Of a stretch of DNA of 29,201 nt, positions 1 through 9,543 are shown piece by piece. The stretch's first letter is position 1. Each line of letters begins with the position of its first letter. The translations under genes were made by a program, and so were the position numbers. This DNA is from Candidatus Eiseniibacteriota bacterium (GTDB lineage: Bacteria; Eisenbacteria; RBG-16-71-46): positions 1-29,201 of the forward strand of contig JBGPFC010000041.1 in assembly GCA_041483195.1 (NCBI GenBank). Direction: 5' to 3'. The notes beneath the pieces were generated by a model. The model saw nothing but the letters and a program-made list of their open reading frames with translations. It ran no database searches and had not been told where the DNA came from.

Positions 1-1284
1 CAGATCGTCGAGATCGGCGGCACGGTGGGCGACATCGAGTCGCTGCCGTTCCTCGAGGCGGTGAGGCAGCTGCGACTCGAGCATCGCCGCGACACCCTGT
101 TCGTCCACGTGACGCTGGTGCCCTTCATCAAGGCGGCGGGCGAGATGAAGACCAAGCCCACCCAGCACAGCGTGAAGGAGCTGCGCGAAATCGGCATCCA
201 GCCCGACATCCTGCTGTGCCGCAGCGAAGCGCCGCTCACCAGCGACCTGCGCGAGAAGATCGCCCTGTTCTGCAACCTCCCGACCGAGGCGGTGGTGGGC
301 GCCACCGACGTGGGCTCGATCTACGAGGTGCCGCAGGTGTTCCACGCGGGCGGGCTCGACGCGCTGGTGGTGCGCGAGCTGGGCATCGAGGCGGGTGACC
401 CCGACCTGCGAGCCTGGAACGACTTCGTCGAGCGCGTCGAGCACCCGGATCGCAGCTGCGTGGTGGCGGTGGTCGGCAAGTACACGCACGTGCGCGACGC
501 GTACAAGAGCATCATCGAGGCGTTCGTCCACGCGGGCGCCGCGAACCGCGCGCGGGTCCAGCTCCGCTGGATCGAAGGCGAAGAGGTCGAGAGCAAGGGC
601 GCGGCGGCGTTGATGCAGGACGTGGACGGTGTGCTGGTGCCGGGCGGATTCGGCGAGCGCGGAATCGAGGGCAAGATCGCGGCGGTGCAGTTCGCGCGCG
701 AAAAGAGCGTGCCCTACCTCGGCCTCTGCCTCGGCATGCAGGTCGCGACCATCGAGTTCGCGCGGCACGTGGTCGGCTGGGCCGACGCGAACTCGAGCGA
801 GTTCGAGGTCACCAGCGAGCACAAGGTGATCGACCTGCTCGCCGATCAGGCGGGCGTCACCGAGAAGGGCGGCACCATGCGCCTCGGCTCCTACCGCTGC
901 GCCCTGAAGGAGGGCAGCCTCGCGGCTCGCGCCTACGGCCGCACCGAGGTCGAGGAGCGCCACCGCCATCGCTACGAGTTCAACAACAAGTATGCGGCGC
1001 AGCTCCAGTCGCGCGGGCTGGTGCTCTCCGGCAAGTGCGTGGGCCGTGAGCTGGTCGAGATCATCGAGCTGCCCGACCATCCGTGGTTCCTCGCCGTGCA
1101 GTTCCATCCTGAGCTCAAGTCGCGCCCGCACGAGCCGCATCCGCTGTTCGTGGACTTCGTGCGGGCCGCGCTCGAGCGGCGTCGCGCCCGGCGCGGCGAC
1201 GATCGCGCCCCGGTCGAAGCGCAGCACGAGGCCGGAGCGGCCGAGGGCGGCGTTCGGCCATCGCCGCACGGCGGGCGGGCGTGA
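1..1284 (+). CDS. pyrG: CTP synthase (5'-truncated by the window edge)
   Basis: Frame open from base 1 (QIVEIGGTVGDIESLPF). Motifs KTKPTQHSV, VPGGFG, GLCLGMQ (catalytic Cys), ERHRHRYE, QFHPE. Confidence 0.98.
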   Translation, partial: QIVEIGGTVGDIESLPFLEAVRQLRLEHRRDTLFVHVTLVPFIKAAGEMKTKPTQHSVKELREIGIQPDILLCRSEAPLTSDLREKIALFCNLPTEAVVGATDVGSIYEVPQVFHAGGLDALVVRELGIEAGDPDLRAWNDFVERVEHPDRSCVVAVVGKYTHVRDAYKSIIEAFVHAGAANRARVQLRWIEGEEVESKGAAALMQDVDGVLVPGGFGERGIEGKIAAVQFAREKSVPYLGLCLGMQVATIEFARHVVGWADANSSEFEVTSEHKVIDLLADQAGVTEKGGTMRLGSYRCALKEGSLAARAYGRTEVEERHRHRYEFNNKYAAQLQSRGLVLSGKCVGRELVEIIELPDHPWFLAVQFHPELKSRPHEPHPLFVDFVRAALERRRARRGDDRAPVEAQHEAGAAEGGVRPSPHGGRA

Positions 1285-2102
1285 AGCGCTTCGCGATCGG
1301 CGCCGCCGAGGCGGGCGGGCCGTCCCTGCTCGTGATCGCCGGGCCGTGCGTGATCGAGAACGCCGAGCTGTGCCTCCGGGTCGCCGCGCACCTGAAGGCC
1401 GCATGCGCCGCCCGCGGAATGCAGTACGTGTTCAAGGCGTCATACCGCAAGGCGAACCGTTCGAGCGCGCGCTCGTTCGAGGGACTGCCGTTCGAGGAAG
1501 CGCTCGAGGCGCTCGCGCAGGTGAGGCAGAAGCTCGCCGTTCCGGTGCTCACCGACGTGCACGACCCGAGCGAGATCGCGAGGGTCGCCGAGGTCGCGGA
1601 CGCGCTCCAGATCCCGGCGTTCCTCTCGCGGCAGACCTCGCTGCTGGTCGCCGCGGCCCGGAGCGGCCGGGCGGTGAACGTCAAGAAGGGCCAGTTCCTG
1701 GCTCCCGACGACATGGCGCAGGTGGTCGAGAAGCTCGCCGGCGCGGGATGCGAACGCATCCTGCTCACCGAGCGCGGCACGACGTTCGGCTACCATGACC
1801 TGGTCGTGGACATGCGCGGCCTCGTCACGATGCGCGAGCTGGGCTGGCCGGTGGTTTACGACGCCACCCACAGCCTGCAGCGCCCGGGCGGGGTCGAGAG
1901 CGGCGGCGACCGGCGCTTCGCGTTCCCCCTGATGCGGGCGGCGGTCGCGTGCGGCGTGGACGGACTCTTCTTCGAGGCCCATCCCGATCCCGCGCACGCG
2001 AGGTCGGACGCCGCGACCCAGCTGCCGCTCGAGCGGGCGGAGGCGTTTCTCGACGAAGCGATGCGCATCCGCGACGCCACCGGCTCGCGCGCTCATGCCT
2101 GA
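1281..2102 (+). CDS. kdsA: KDO8P synthase, probably metal-dependent class
   Basis: IAGPCVIE (Cys typical of the metal-dependent class), FKASYRKANRSS, QIPAFLSRQT, NVKKGQF, TERG, DATHS, EAHPDP. GTGA overlap with pyrG stop. Confidence 0.96.
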   Translation: MKRFAIGAAEAGGPSLLVIAGPCVIENAELCLRVAAHLKAACAARGMQYVFKASYRKANRSSARSFEGLPFEEALEALAQVRQKLAVPVLTDVHDPSEIARVAEVADALQIPAFLSRQTSLLVAAARSGRAVNVKKGQFLAPDDMAQVVEKLAGAGCERILLTERGTTFGYHDLVVDMRGLVTMRELGWPVVYDATHSLQRPGGVESGGDRRFAFPLMRAAVACGVDGLFFEAHPDPAHARSDAATQLPLERAEAFLDEAMRIRDATGSRAHA

Positions 2103-2631
2103 TTCCGCGGCGCGTCCCGCGCCGGTCACGGGCCCGGTCCGCATCCTGTTCCTCGACGTGGACGGGACGCTCACCGACGGCGTCATCGGCTTCACGCACG
2201 AGGGCGACCTGCGCCACTTCTGGGTGCGCGACGGCCTCGCGCTCGAATGGGCGCGCGATCTCGGCGTGCTGCCGGTGGTGATCTCGGGGCGCGCATCGCT
2301 CGCGGTCGCGGCGCGAATGGAGGACCTGAAGCTCGAGCACTACCTCGGGATCAAGGACAAGGTCGCGGTCGCCGAGAAGGTGCGCGCGCGCGAGGGGGTG
2401 CGCTGGGAGGAGTGCGCGATGGTGGGCGACGATCTCCCCGACGTGCCGCTCCTGAAGCGCGTCGGGTGGCCGATCGCGGTGGCCGACGCCTCGCCCGAGG
2501 TGCTGCCCTTCGCGCGAACCGTGACCGCGGAGCGCGCCGGGCGCGGCGCGGTGCGCGAGGTGGTGGAGATGGTGCTGCGCCACAACGGAACCTGGGATCG
2601 CGTGCTGCGGCGCTACGAGGTGATCGCGTGA
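2095..2631 (+). CDS. kdsC: KDO8P phosphatase, HAD family
   Basis: LDVDGTLTDG (HAD motif I), ISGR, K, VGDDLPD, GRGAVREV. Lies between kdsA and kdsD. Confidence 0.93.
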   Translation: MPDSAARPAPVTGPVRILFLDVDGTLTDGVIGFTHEGDLRHFWVRDGLALEWARDLGVLPVVISGRASLAVAARMEDLKLEHYLGIKDKVAVAEKVRAREGVRWEECAMVGDDLPDVPLLKRVGWPIAVADASPEVLPFARTVTAERAGRGAVREVVEMVLRHNGTWDRVLRRYEVIA

Positions 2632-3608
2632 CGCGCACGGCGCAGGATCTGCTCTCGCTCGCGCGCGAGGTGGTCCGGATCGAGGCGGCGGCGGTCGCGG
2701 CGCTCGAGGAGCGCCTCGGCGACGAGTTCCTGCGCGCGGTCGAGCTGCTCGCGGCGTGCCGCGGCAAGGTGATCGTGTCGGGCGTCGGCAAGTCCGGGCT
2801 GGTCGCACACAAGCTCGCGGCCACCCTGACCAGCACCGGCACGCCATCGGTCTTCCTGCACCCCGCGGACGCCCTCCACGGCGACGCGGGGCTCTTCACT
2901 CCGGGCGACGCAGCGCTGTTCGTCTCGAAGAGCGGAGCCAGCGATGAACTGCTCGCGCTGATCCCCTATCTCGAGCGCCACGGCCTTCCGCTGGTGAGCA
3001 TCGTCGCAACGCCGCGCTCTGCGCTGGCGTCGAAATCGCAGGCGACGCTCCTCACCGGGCCGGTGCGCGAGGCGTGCCCCATGGATCTCACGCCCACCAC
3101 CAGCGTCACGCTGGCGCAGGTGATGGGCGATTGCCTCGCGGTGGCGCTGCTCGAGCGGCGCGGGTTCAGCCCCGAGGACTTCCGCTTCCTCCATCCGGGA
3201 GGGGTGATCGGACGCGCGGCCTCGCGTCGCGTCGAGGAGCTCATGCACGGCGGCGATGCGCTGCCGCGGGTCGCCGAGACCGCCAGCCTGCGCGAGGTCA
3301 TGCTCGAGATCATGAACAAGCGCCTCGGGATCACCACGGTGGTCGACGCGGCCGGCGCGCTCGCGGGGGTGGTGAGCGACGGCGACTTCAAGCGCATCCT
3401 GATGCGTCACGCCGATCCGTGGCCGCTCACCGCCGCCGAGATCATGAATCGCGCGCCCAGCATCATCGCCGGGGACGCGCTGGTCGCGGCCGCGGTGCGC
3501 ACCATGGAGGAACGGCCGGCCGGCCCGATTACCGCGCTGGTGGTGGTCGACGCGCAGCGCCGTCCGACCGGCGTGCTCCACCTCCACGACTGCATCCGCG
3601 GCGGGTGA
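2628..3608 (+). CDS. kdsD: Arabinose-5-phosphate isomerase (KpsF/GutQ family, SIS + 2 CBS domains)
   Basis: GVGKSG, STGTPSVFLHPADALHGD, EACPMDLTPTTS, FRFLHPGG, C-terminal CBS pair ending GVLHLHD. Start placed at the GTG overlapping the kdsC stop, not the ORF-track start at 2247. Confidence 0.94.
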   Translation: MTRTAQDLLSLAREVVRIEAAAVAALEERLGDEFLRAVELLAACRGKVIVSGVGKSGLVAHKLAATLTSTGTPSVFLHPADALHGDAGLFTPGDAALFVSKSGASDELLALIPYLERHGLPLVSIVATPRSALASKSQATLLTGPVREACPMDLTPTTSVTLAQVMGDCLAVALLERRGFSPEDFRFLHPGGVIGRAASRRVEELMHGGDALPRVAETASLREVMLEIMNKRLGITTVVDAAGALAGVVSDGDFKRILMRHADPWPLTAAEIMNRAPSIIAGDALVAAAVRTMEERPAGPITALVVVDAQRRPTGVLHLHDCIRGG

Positions 3609-3624
3609 CGGCGCCCGCTCCGCG

Positions 3625-4200
3625 TTGAACGGCACGCGAGTTCCGGGCGGCGCGCCGCGGGTCGCGCTCTTCACCGTCGGCCACTCGACGCGCGCGCTCG
3701 CGGATCTGATCGAGCTGCTGCTCGCGAACGGAGTGCGCCGACTGGTGGACATCCGCACCCGCCCGCGCTCGGCGCGCCATCCGCATTTCAATCGCGAGGC
3801 GCTGCCCCCGCCGCTCGCCGGGCGCGGCCTCGCCTACACGCACATGGGAAGCCTCGGCGGCCTGCGCGTGCCGCGCGGCGACTCCACGAATCTCGCGTTG
3901 AGGGCCGATGGCTTCCGGGGGTTCGCGGACTACATGGAGACCGCGGCGTTCGAGGCCGCGCTCGATGAACTGGTCGCGCTCGCCGCGCGCACCCGGGTCG
4001 CGATCATGTGCGCAGAGGCGGACCCATCGCGCTGCCACCGCTCGCTGGTCGCGGACGCGCTGCTCGCACGCTGCGTCAACGCCGTGCACATCCTGGCGCC
4101 GGACATGACGCGCTCCCACACCCTCACGGCCGGCGCCCGGATCGAGAACGGACGCGTCTCCTACCCGCGCCCGCAACCGCGCCTGCCCGGAATCCCATGA
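3625..4200 (+). CDS. DUF488-family protein
   Basis: FTVGHSTR, LVDIRTRPRS..HPHFN, LGGLR, FRGFADYM, AIMCAEADPSRCHRSLVAD match the DUF488 pattern. TTG start uncertain. Confidence 0.88.
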   Translation: MNGTRVPGGAPRVALFTVGHSTRALADLIELLLANGVRRLVDIRTRPRSARHPHFNREALPPPLAGRGLAYTHMGSLGGLRVPRGDSTNLALRADGFRGFADYMETAAFEAALDELVALAARTRVAIMCAEADPSRCHRSLVADALLARCVNAVHILAPDMTRSHTLTAGARIENGRVSYPRPQPRLPGIP

Positions 4201-4338
4201 TGCCTCGAGGCGGGAGGGCGCCCGCCCGGGGGACGTCACCGGCATCCGCGTCCATTTCCCGTCGGGCGCGCGACTCCGTCGTCAAGACGCGGGCGACATC
4301 ACCCGATAACAGGTTTGAATTGCAACATGCAGCGCCTC

Positions 4339-4354
4339 TGGCACACGGCGTGCT
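4339..4354 (+). promoter_or_regulatory. Putative sigma54 (-24/-12) site
   Basis: TGGCAC-ACGGC-GTGCT, an exact GG-N10-GC spacing, intergenic, upstream of lptC-lptB-rpoN. Confidence 0.55.
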
Positions 4355-4382
4355 TGCGGGCGCCTGTACCCTTTGCTAGCGT
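4354..4382 (+). promoter_or_regulatory. Putative sigma70-type promoter with extended -10
   Basis: TTGCGG (4354-4359), 17-nt spacer, TAGCGT (4377-4382) preceded by TG-n (4374-4376). 13 nt upstream of the ATG at 4396. Confidence 0.5.
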
Positions 4383-4395
4383 GGGCCTCGACGCC

Positions 4396-5013
4396 ATGGA
4401 CCGGGTTCTCTCAGACGCACAGGCCACCCTACGCCGTCGCATCGGGACCGCGCCTCCCGCGCGACTGGCCGCGCTGGCGTGCCTGCTGGTGGCGCTCGCG
4501 GGCTGCGGAAGGCAGCGCGCGATGGGGCCGGCGGGGGCCACCGGGGAGCTGCCGGATCAGGAGGTTCGGGACTTCGCGCTCACCGAGACCGACCAGGGCA
4601 ACCCGGAGTGGAAGCTGTATGCCCGTTACGCCGCGATCTACGACGCCCGCAACGTGATCATCGCCCGCGCGGTGCGCGTGGATTTCTACGACGCGCAGGG
4701 CAAGAAGACCTCGGAGCTCACCGCGCGCGAGGGCGAGATCGACCAGACCACCCGCAACATGATCGCGCGCGGCGACGTCGTGCTGCAGACCACCGAGGGC
4801 ACGCGGATGTCCACCGATCAGCTCCAGTATCTGAACCAGAAGCAGAAGGTGATCTCCGACCGGCTGGTGCGGGTCGAGCGCGAGGGCGATGTCCTGACCG
4901 GCGTCGGCTTCGAGAGCGATCCCGAGCTCAAGCATTTCGAGTTCAAGCGCAAGGTGCAGGCGGTGGTGCGCACGCGCTCGGGCGGTCCGATCGCGCCGGA
5001 GAACACCCGGTGA
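4396..5013 (+). CDS. lptC: LPS export periplasmic protein LptC-like, with lipoprotein-type signal
   Basis: Hydrophobic stretch ending LVALAGC, then beta-jellyroll-like sequence ([37 protein letters not shown]). Sits immediately before lptB. Start (4396 ATG vs 4381 GTG) uncertain. Confidence 0.82.
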   Translation: MDRVLSDAQATLRRRIGTAPPARLAALACLLVALAGCGRQRAMGPAGATGELPDQEVRDFALTETDQGNPEWKLYARYAAIYDARNVIIARAVRVDFYDAQGKKTSELTAREGEIDQTTRNMIARGDVVLQTTEGTRMSTDQLQYLNQKQKVISDRLVRVEREGDVLTGVGFESDPELKHFEFKRKVQAVVRTRSGGPIAPENTR

Positions 5014-5762
5014 CCGCCCTCGGGCCGGCTCCGCAGGAGTCCGCCGGGCTCGGGGCCGAGGGATTGATGCGCTACTACGGGCGCTGGCGCGTCGTGAGCG
5101 ACGTCTCGATCCGGGTGGGACGCGGCGAGGTGGTGGGGCTGCTGGGGCCGAACGGCGCGGGCAAGACGACCACCTTCTACATGATCGTGGGATTGCTGAG
5201 GCCGAACGGCGGCCGCATCGTGATCGACGGCCGCGACATCACAGACGAGCCGGTATACCTGCGGGCGCACATGGGCATCGGCTACCTGGCGCAGGAGCCC
5301 AGCATCTTCCGCCGGCTGAGCGTGCGCGACAACGTGCTCGCCGTGCTCGAGACCATGCGGCTCACGCGGGCGCAGCGCGAGGAACGGCTCCACACGCTGC
5401 TCTCGGATCTCAACCTCTCGCACCTCGCCGACCGGCAGTCGAGCAAGCTCTCGGGCGGCGAGCGGCGAAGGGTCGAGATCACCCGCGCGCTCGCGCGCGA
5501 GCCGAAGTACATGCTGCTCGACGAGCCCTTCGTGGGCATCGACCCGATCGCGGTCTCCGAGATTCAGGACATCGTGGCCCGGTTGCGCAACCGCGGGATC
5601 GGGGTGCTGATCACCGATCACAACGTGCGCGAGACGTTGCGCATCACCGACCGGGCGTACATCATGTACGAGGGACGCATCCTGCTGCAGGGAACGGCCG
5701 AGGAACTTGCGAACGACGCGCGGGCGCGCGAGATCTATCTGGGTGAGCGCTTCAGCCTCTAG
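5010..5762 (+). CDS. lptB: LPS export ABC transporter ATP-binding protein
   Basis: [73 protein letters not shown] overlap with lptC stop. Confidence 0.97.
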   Translation: MTALGPAPQESAGLGAEGLMRYYGRWRVVSDVSIRVGRGEVVGLLGPNGAGKTTTFYMIVGLLRPNGGRIVIDGRDITDEPVYLRAHMGIGYLAQEPSIFRRLSVRDNVLAVLETMRLTRAQREERLHTLLSDLNLSHLADRQSSKLSGGERRRVEITRALAREPKYMLLDEPFVGIDPIAVSEIQDIVARLRNRGIGVLITDHNVRETLRITDRAYIMYEGRILLQGTAEELANDARAREIYLGERFSL

Positions 5763-5783
5763 CGAACCAGGGAACGCCGACCT

Positions 5784-7220
5784 ATGGAAATGAAACATTC
5801 GCTGAACCTGACGATGCGGCCGGCGCTCATCATGACGCCCCGGCTGCAGCAGGCGCTCAAGCTGCTGCAGGTGCCGACCCTCGAGCTCCAGCAGATCCTC
5901 AAGCAGGAGATCATGCAGAACCCGCTGCTCGAGGAGGTGGACGAGGTCACCGACAGCGAGGATCTGGCGAAGGAGGACTCGCCGGAGGAGGCCGCCAACA
6001 AGGAGGCCGAAGACCCCGCCGAGGAAGATCCCATCGACTGGAACGACTACATGCAGGAGGGCGCGTTCGATCGCGCCTACGTCCCGCAGAGCGAAACCGC
6101 CGTGGAATTCCTCGAGAAGGTGCCGGTCACGCGCACCACGCTCGCCGAGAGCCTGCTCGAGCAGCTGCACTTCCTCACCCTGCCCCCCGACACGCTGCTG
6201 CTCGCGGAGTTCCTGGTGGGCTCGCTGGACGATCGCGGCTGGCTCGCGACGCCGCTCGAGGAGGTGGCCGCCTCCACCTCGCGCACCGTCGAGGAGTGCG
6301 AGAACGTGCTCAGGCTGATCCAGGCGCTGGAGCCGGTCGGCGTCGGCGCGCGTGACCTGCGCGAGTGCCTGCTCATCCAGCTCGACGTGCGCAACGAGAA
6401 GGACACGCTGTCGTGGCGCATCATCGATGGCCATTTCGACCACCTGGTGAACCGGCGATTCCCGGAGATCGCGCGCCAGCTCAAGTGCTCGGTCGAGGAG
6501 GTGCAGGCCGCGGCCGACGTGATCGCGACGCTCAATCCCCGCCCGGGGCTCCAGGTCTCGGCCGACGACCCGCGCTACGTCGTGCCCGACCTGCTGGTCG
6601 AGCGCGTCGACGAAGAGTACATCGTGCTGCTGAACGACCGTCACCTCCCGCGGCTGCGCATCTCGTCGGCCTACGAGGGCGTGCTGCGCGACAAGAAGAA
6701 GGCGGATTGCACCCCGGGCGAGGCGAAGACCCGCGAGTACATCCACAGCAAGCTGAACTCGGCGCGCTGGCTGATCCAGACCATCGAGCAGCGGCGGCGC
6801 ACCATGATCAAGGTCATGACCTGCATCATCCGGGAGCAGCGCGACTTCTTCGACAAGGGCATCGCGTTCCTCCGTCCGCTCACCCTGCAGCAGGTCGCTC
6901 GCCAGATCGACATGCATGAATCCACCGTGAGCCGCGTCTGCAGCGCCAAGTACGTCCAGTGTCCGCGTGGGGTCTTCGAGCTGAAGTTCTTCTTCTCGAG
7001 CGGACTCGAGACCGAAGACGGGGAGGACGTCTCGGCGCGATCCGCCAAGGACACCATCCGGACTCTCATCGAGGAGGAGGACAAGCGGGAACCGCTTTCC
7101 GACCAGCGGATCGCGGAGCTGCTCCACGAGCGCGGCCTGCGCATCGCCCGCCGCACCGTGGCCAAGTACCGTGAACAACTGAGCATCCTGCCGGCGCGGT
7201 TTCGCCGGCGGGTCGCCTGA
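5784..7220 (+). CDS. rpoN: RNA polymerase sigma-54 factor
   Basis: Region I MTPRLQQALKLLQ, NPLLE, GARDLRECL, HESTVSR, ELKFFFS, RpoN box ARRTVAKYRE. Confidence 0.98.
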   Translation: MEMKHSLNLTMRPALIMTPRLQQALKLLQVPTLELQQILKQEIMQNPLLEEVDEVTDSEDLAKEDSPEEAANKEAEDPAEEDPIDWNDYMQEGAFDRAYVPQSETAVEFLEKVPVTRTTLAESLLEQLHFLTLPPDTLLLAEFLVGSLDDRGWLATPLEEVAASTSRTVEECENVLRLIQALEPVGVGARDLRECLLIQLDVRNEKDTLSWRIIDGHFDHLVNRRFPEIARQLKCSVEEVQAAADVIATLNPRPGLQVSADDPRYVVPDLLVERVDEEYIVLLNDRHLPRLRISSAYEGVLRDKKKADCTPGEAKTREYIHSKLNSARWLIQTIEQRRRTMIKVMTCIIREQRDFFDKGIAFLRPLTLQQVARQIDMHESTVSRVCSAKYVQCPRGVFELKFFFSSGLETEDGEDVSARSAKDTIRTLIEEEDKREPLSDQRIAELLHERGLRIARRTVAKYREQLSILPARFRRRVA

Positions 7221-7295
7221 CCATGCCCGCGGCGCCGCGGGCGGCCGCGCCGGAAGCGGCGCGGCGCACGGCCCGCGCGCCTCACGAGGTGGACG

Positions 7296-7658
7296 ATGCA
7301 GATTCTCACGACCACACGTCACTGTGAGCTCGATCCCGAAGTGCGACTGTTCGCGCAGCAGCGCCTCGAAAAGCTCGGCAAGTTCGCGAACGACATCCAC
7401 GAAGCGCATCTGGTGGTCACCGGCGAACGCTACCGGCACAGCGCGGAAATCAAGCTCCGGCTCAACCACCATGAGCTGGTGAGCCGCGAGGAATCGACCG
7501 AGGCGCGAGTCGCGATCGACCTCGCCGCCGATCGCATCGAGCAGCAGCTGCGGCGATTCAAGGAGAAGCGTGTCGACCGCAAACGCGGCGCGCGCGTCGA
7601 AGACGGCCGGGACCCTGGCGCGCCCGGCGGTGCTGACGAGACGGCCGAGGAGGATTAG
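7296..7658 (+). CDS. hpf: Ribosome hibernation promoting factor (HPF/RaiA), short form
   Basis: MQILTTTRH..L..EVR.F...L.KL.KF, AIDLAADRIEQQLRRFKEK. Directly after rpoN, with SD-like GAGGTG upstream. Confidence 0.9.
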   Translation: MQILTTTRHCELDPEVRLFAQQRLEKLGKFANDIHEAHLVVTGERYRHSAEIKLRLNHHELVSREESTEARVAIDLAADRIEQQLRRFKEKRVDRKRGARVEDGRDPGAPGGADETAEED

Positions 7659-7663
7659 GCGGG

Positions 7664-8635
7664 GTGCAGACGCTGAGCGCGGCACGTCTGTTCGAAGACC
7701 AGCGGCAGGAGCTGCAGCTCGAACAGCTCACGGAGTCCCTGGCCTCGCGGCGTGAGATCACGGTGAGCGACATCCATCGGCCCGGCATGGGCCTGATGGG
7801 GTTCGTCGAGAATTTCCTGCCGGAGCGCATCCAGATCCTCGCGCAGACCGAGTTGACCTATCTCGCGACCCTCACCGCGGGCGAGGTGCGGGCGGCGATC
7901 GACCGGCTGTTCCAGTTCTCGATGCCGCTGATCGTGGTGTGCAAGGGCCTCGAAGTGCCGCCCTATCTGATCGAGCGCGCGAACGGGGAACAGGTGCCGG
8001 TGCTCCGCACGCCCCAGAGCACCACGCCCTTCATTCACTCGCTGACGTCATACCTCGATCACATGTTCGCGCCGCAGATCACGGTGCACGCCTCGCTGGT
8101 CGACGTCTACGGCTGCGGGCTGCTGTTCACCGGGCGCAGCGCGATCGGCAAGTCCGAGACCGCCCTCGACCTGGTCGAGCGCGGCCATCGGCTGGTGGCC
8201 GACGACGTCGTGACCATCACGCGCCGCCACGGCGACGTGCTGATCGGCACCGGAAACCAGCTGCTCCGTCACCACATGGAGATTCGCGGGCTCGGCATCA
8301 TCGACGTGCAGGCGATCTTCGGCATCCGCTCGATCCGGCTGCAGAAGCGCGTCGAGCTCGAGGTGAACCTCACCGAATGGTCGGACGACCACGAATACGA
8401 ACGCGTCGGGCTCGACGAGCGCAAGACCCAGCTGCTGGGCGTCGAGATCCCGCTGGTGCAGGTCCCGATCACCCCCGGCAAGAACATCACCGTGATCGCG
8501 GAGGTCATCGCCTTGAACTACCTGGTGAAGGTGTACGGCGGCTACTCGCCGGCCGAGCGCCTGAACCAGCACCTCATCGAGCTCATGAAGCGCAAGAGCG
8601 CGGCGCGCGCGTGGGTGCGGGAGGACACCGAATGA
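7664..8635 (+). CDS. hprK: HPr kinase/phosphorylase
   Basis: IHRPGMGLMG, RIQI, P-loop GRSAIGKSETALDL, GHRLVADD, HHMEIRGLGIIDV, PGKN. Confidence 0.96.
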   Translation: MQTLSAARLFEDQRQELQLEQLTESLASRREITVSDIHRPGMGLMGFVENFLPERIQILAQTELTYLATLTAGEVRAAIDRLFQFSMPLIVVCKGLEVPPYLIERANGEQVPVLRTPQSTTPFIHSLTSYLDHMFAPQITVHASLVDVYGCGLLFTGRSAIGKSETALDLVERGHRLVADDVVTITRRHGDVLIGTGNQLLRHHMEIRGLGIIDVQAIFGIRSIRLQKRVELEVNLTEWSDDHEYERVGLDERKTQLLGVEIPLVQVPITPGKNITVIAEVIALNYLVKVYGGYSPAERLNQHLIELMKRKSAARAWVREDTE

Positions 8636-9027
8636 CCCGGGTCCCGGCGCTGCTGGTGATGCACGGGGACCTGTCCGCCGCGCTGCTCAGGGCGGCCGAG
8701 CAGATCGTCGGCACGATCGAAGGCATCGAGACGCTGTCCAACGTCGGGCTCTCCCGCGAGGCGCTCGAAGCCGAGATCGAGCGTCGCGTCGCGCGGTGGC
8801 CGGATGGGGGCCTGGTGCTGACCGATTTCTGGGGTGGCTCGTGCCACACCTGCGGGATCTCGGCCGCTCGCGGGCGCGCGGAAGTGGTGGTGGTCACCGG
8901 TCTCAACCTGCCCACGCTGCTCGATTTCCTCCACAACCGCGAGCAGACCGGTGTGGTCGAGCTGGCCGAGCGGCTGCAGAAGAAGGGGCAGGAGAGCATC
9001 CGCGTCCAGCGCGGCCGATCCGCATGA
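8632..9027 (+). CDS. PTS mannose/fructose/sorbose-family EIIA
   Basis: LLVMHGDLS (phospho-His), AEQIVG, LVLTDFWGGS, VVTGLNLPTLL. ATGA overlap with hprK stop. Confidence 0.9.
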   Translation: MTRVPALLVMHGDLSAALLRAAEQIVGTIEGIETLSNVGLSREALEAEIERRVARWPDGGLVLTDFWGGSCHTCGISAARGRAEVVVVTGLNLPTLLDFLHNREQTGVVELAERLQKKGQESIRVQRGRSA

Positions 9028-9512
9028 GCTGGCAGCTCCACCGCGTCGACGATCGCCTGATCCACGGCCAGGTCGTGATCGCGTACGGCCAGCGCCTGCA
9101 CCCGCGGCGCATCTGGGTGGCCGACGAGGCATCGGCCGCGAACGCATGGGAGCGCGAGGTGCTGATCGCCGCGGCGCCCGACGTCGAAGTGCGGGTGGTG
9201 GGCATCGCCGAGGCCGCCGCCGCCTACGCGGGGGAGGAGGCGGCAGAGGGCGGCGCGTTCCTGCTGGTGCGCGACCTGTCGGCCGCGCTCGCGCTGGTCG
9301 AGGCTGGGGCCCGGGTTCCCGGCTTCAACCTGGGCGGGCTCCACTACGCTCCGGGCAAGTCCAAGGTCAACGAGTACGTCTACCTCGACGACCGCGACCT
9401 CGAGTCGGCGCGCGCCCTGATGGCACGCGGGGTGGCGCTCGAAGTGCAGGACGTTCCGGCCGCTCGTCCGCAACGGCTCGCCGCCCTCGTACCGCGGCTC
9501 GATCAGCCATGA
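9024..9512 (+). CDS. PTS mannose/sorbose-family EIIB
   Basis: RVDDRLIHGQV (phospho-His), FNLGGLH, GV..EVQDVP. ATGA overlap with EIIA stop. Confidence 0.93.
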   Translation: MSWQLHRVDDRLIHGQVVIAYGQRLHPRRIWVADEASAANAWEREVLIAAAPDVEVRVVGIAEAAAAYAGEEAAEGGAFLLVRDLSAALALVEAGARVPGFNLGGLHYAPGKSKVNEYVYLDDRDLESARALMARGVALEVQDVPAARPQRLAALVPRLDQP

Positions 9513-9543
9513 TCGAGAAGGCCGCGCGTCCCGCATGGGTCCC

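Noticed and set aside
4818..7685. 955-aa minus-strand ORF
   Set aside because: Antisense shadow of lptB-rpoN-hpf. It has no recognisable motifs and is expected from high-GC codon bias.
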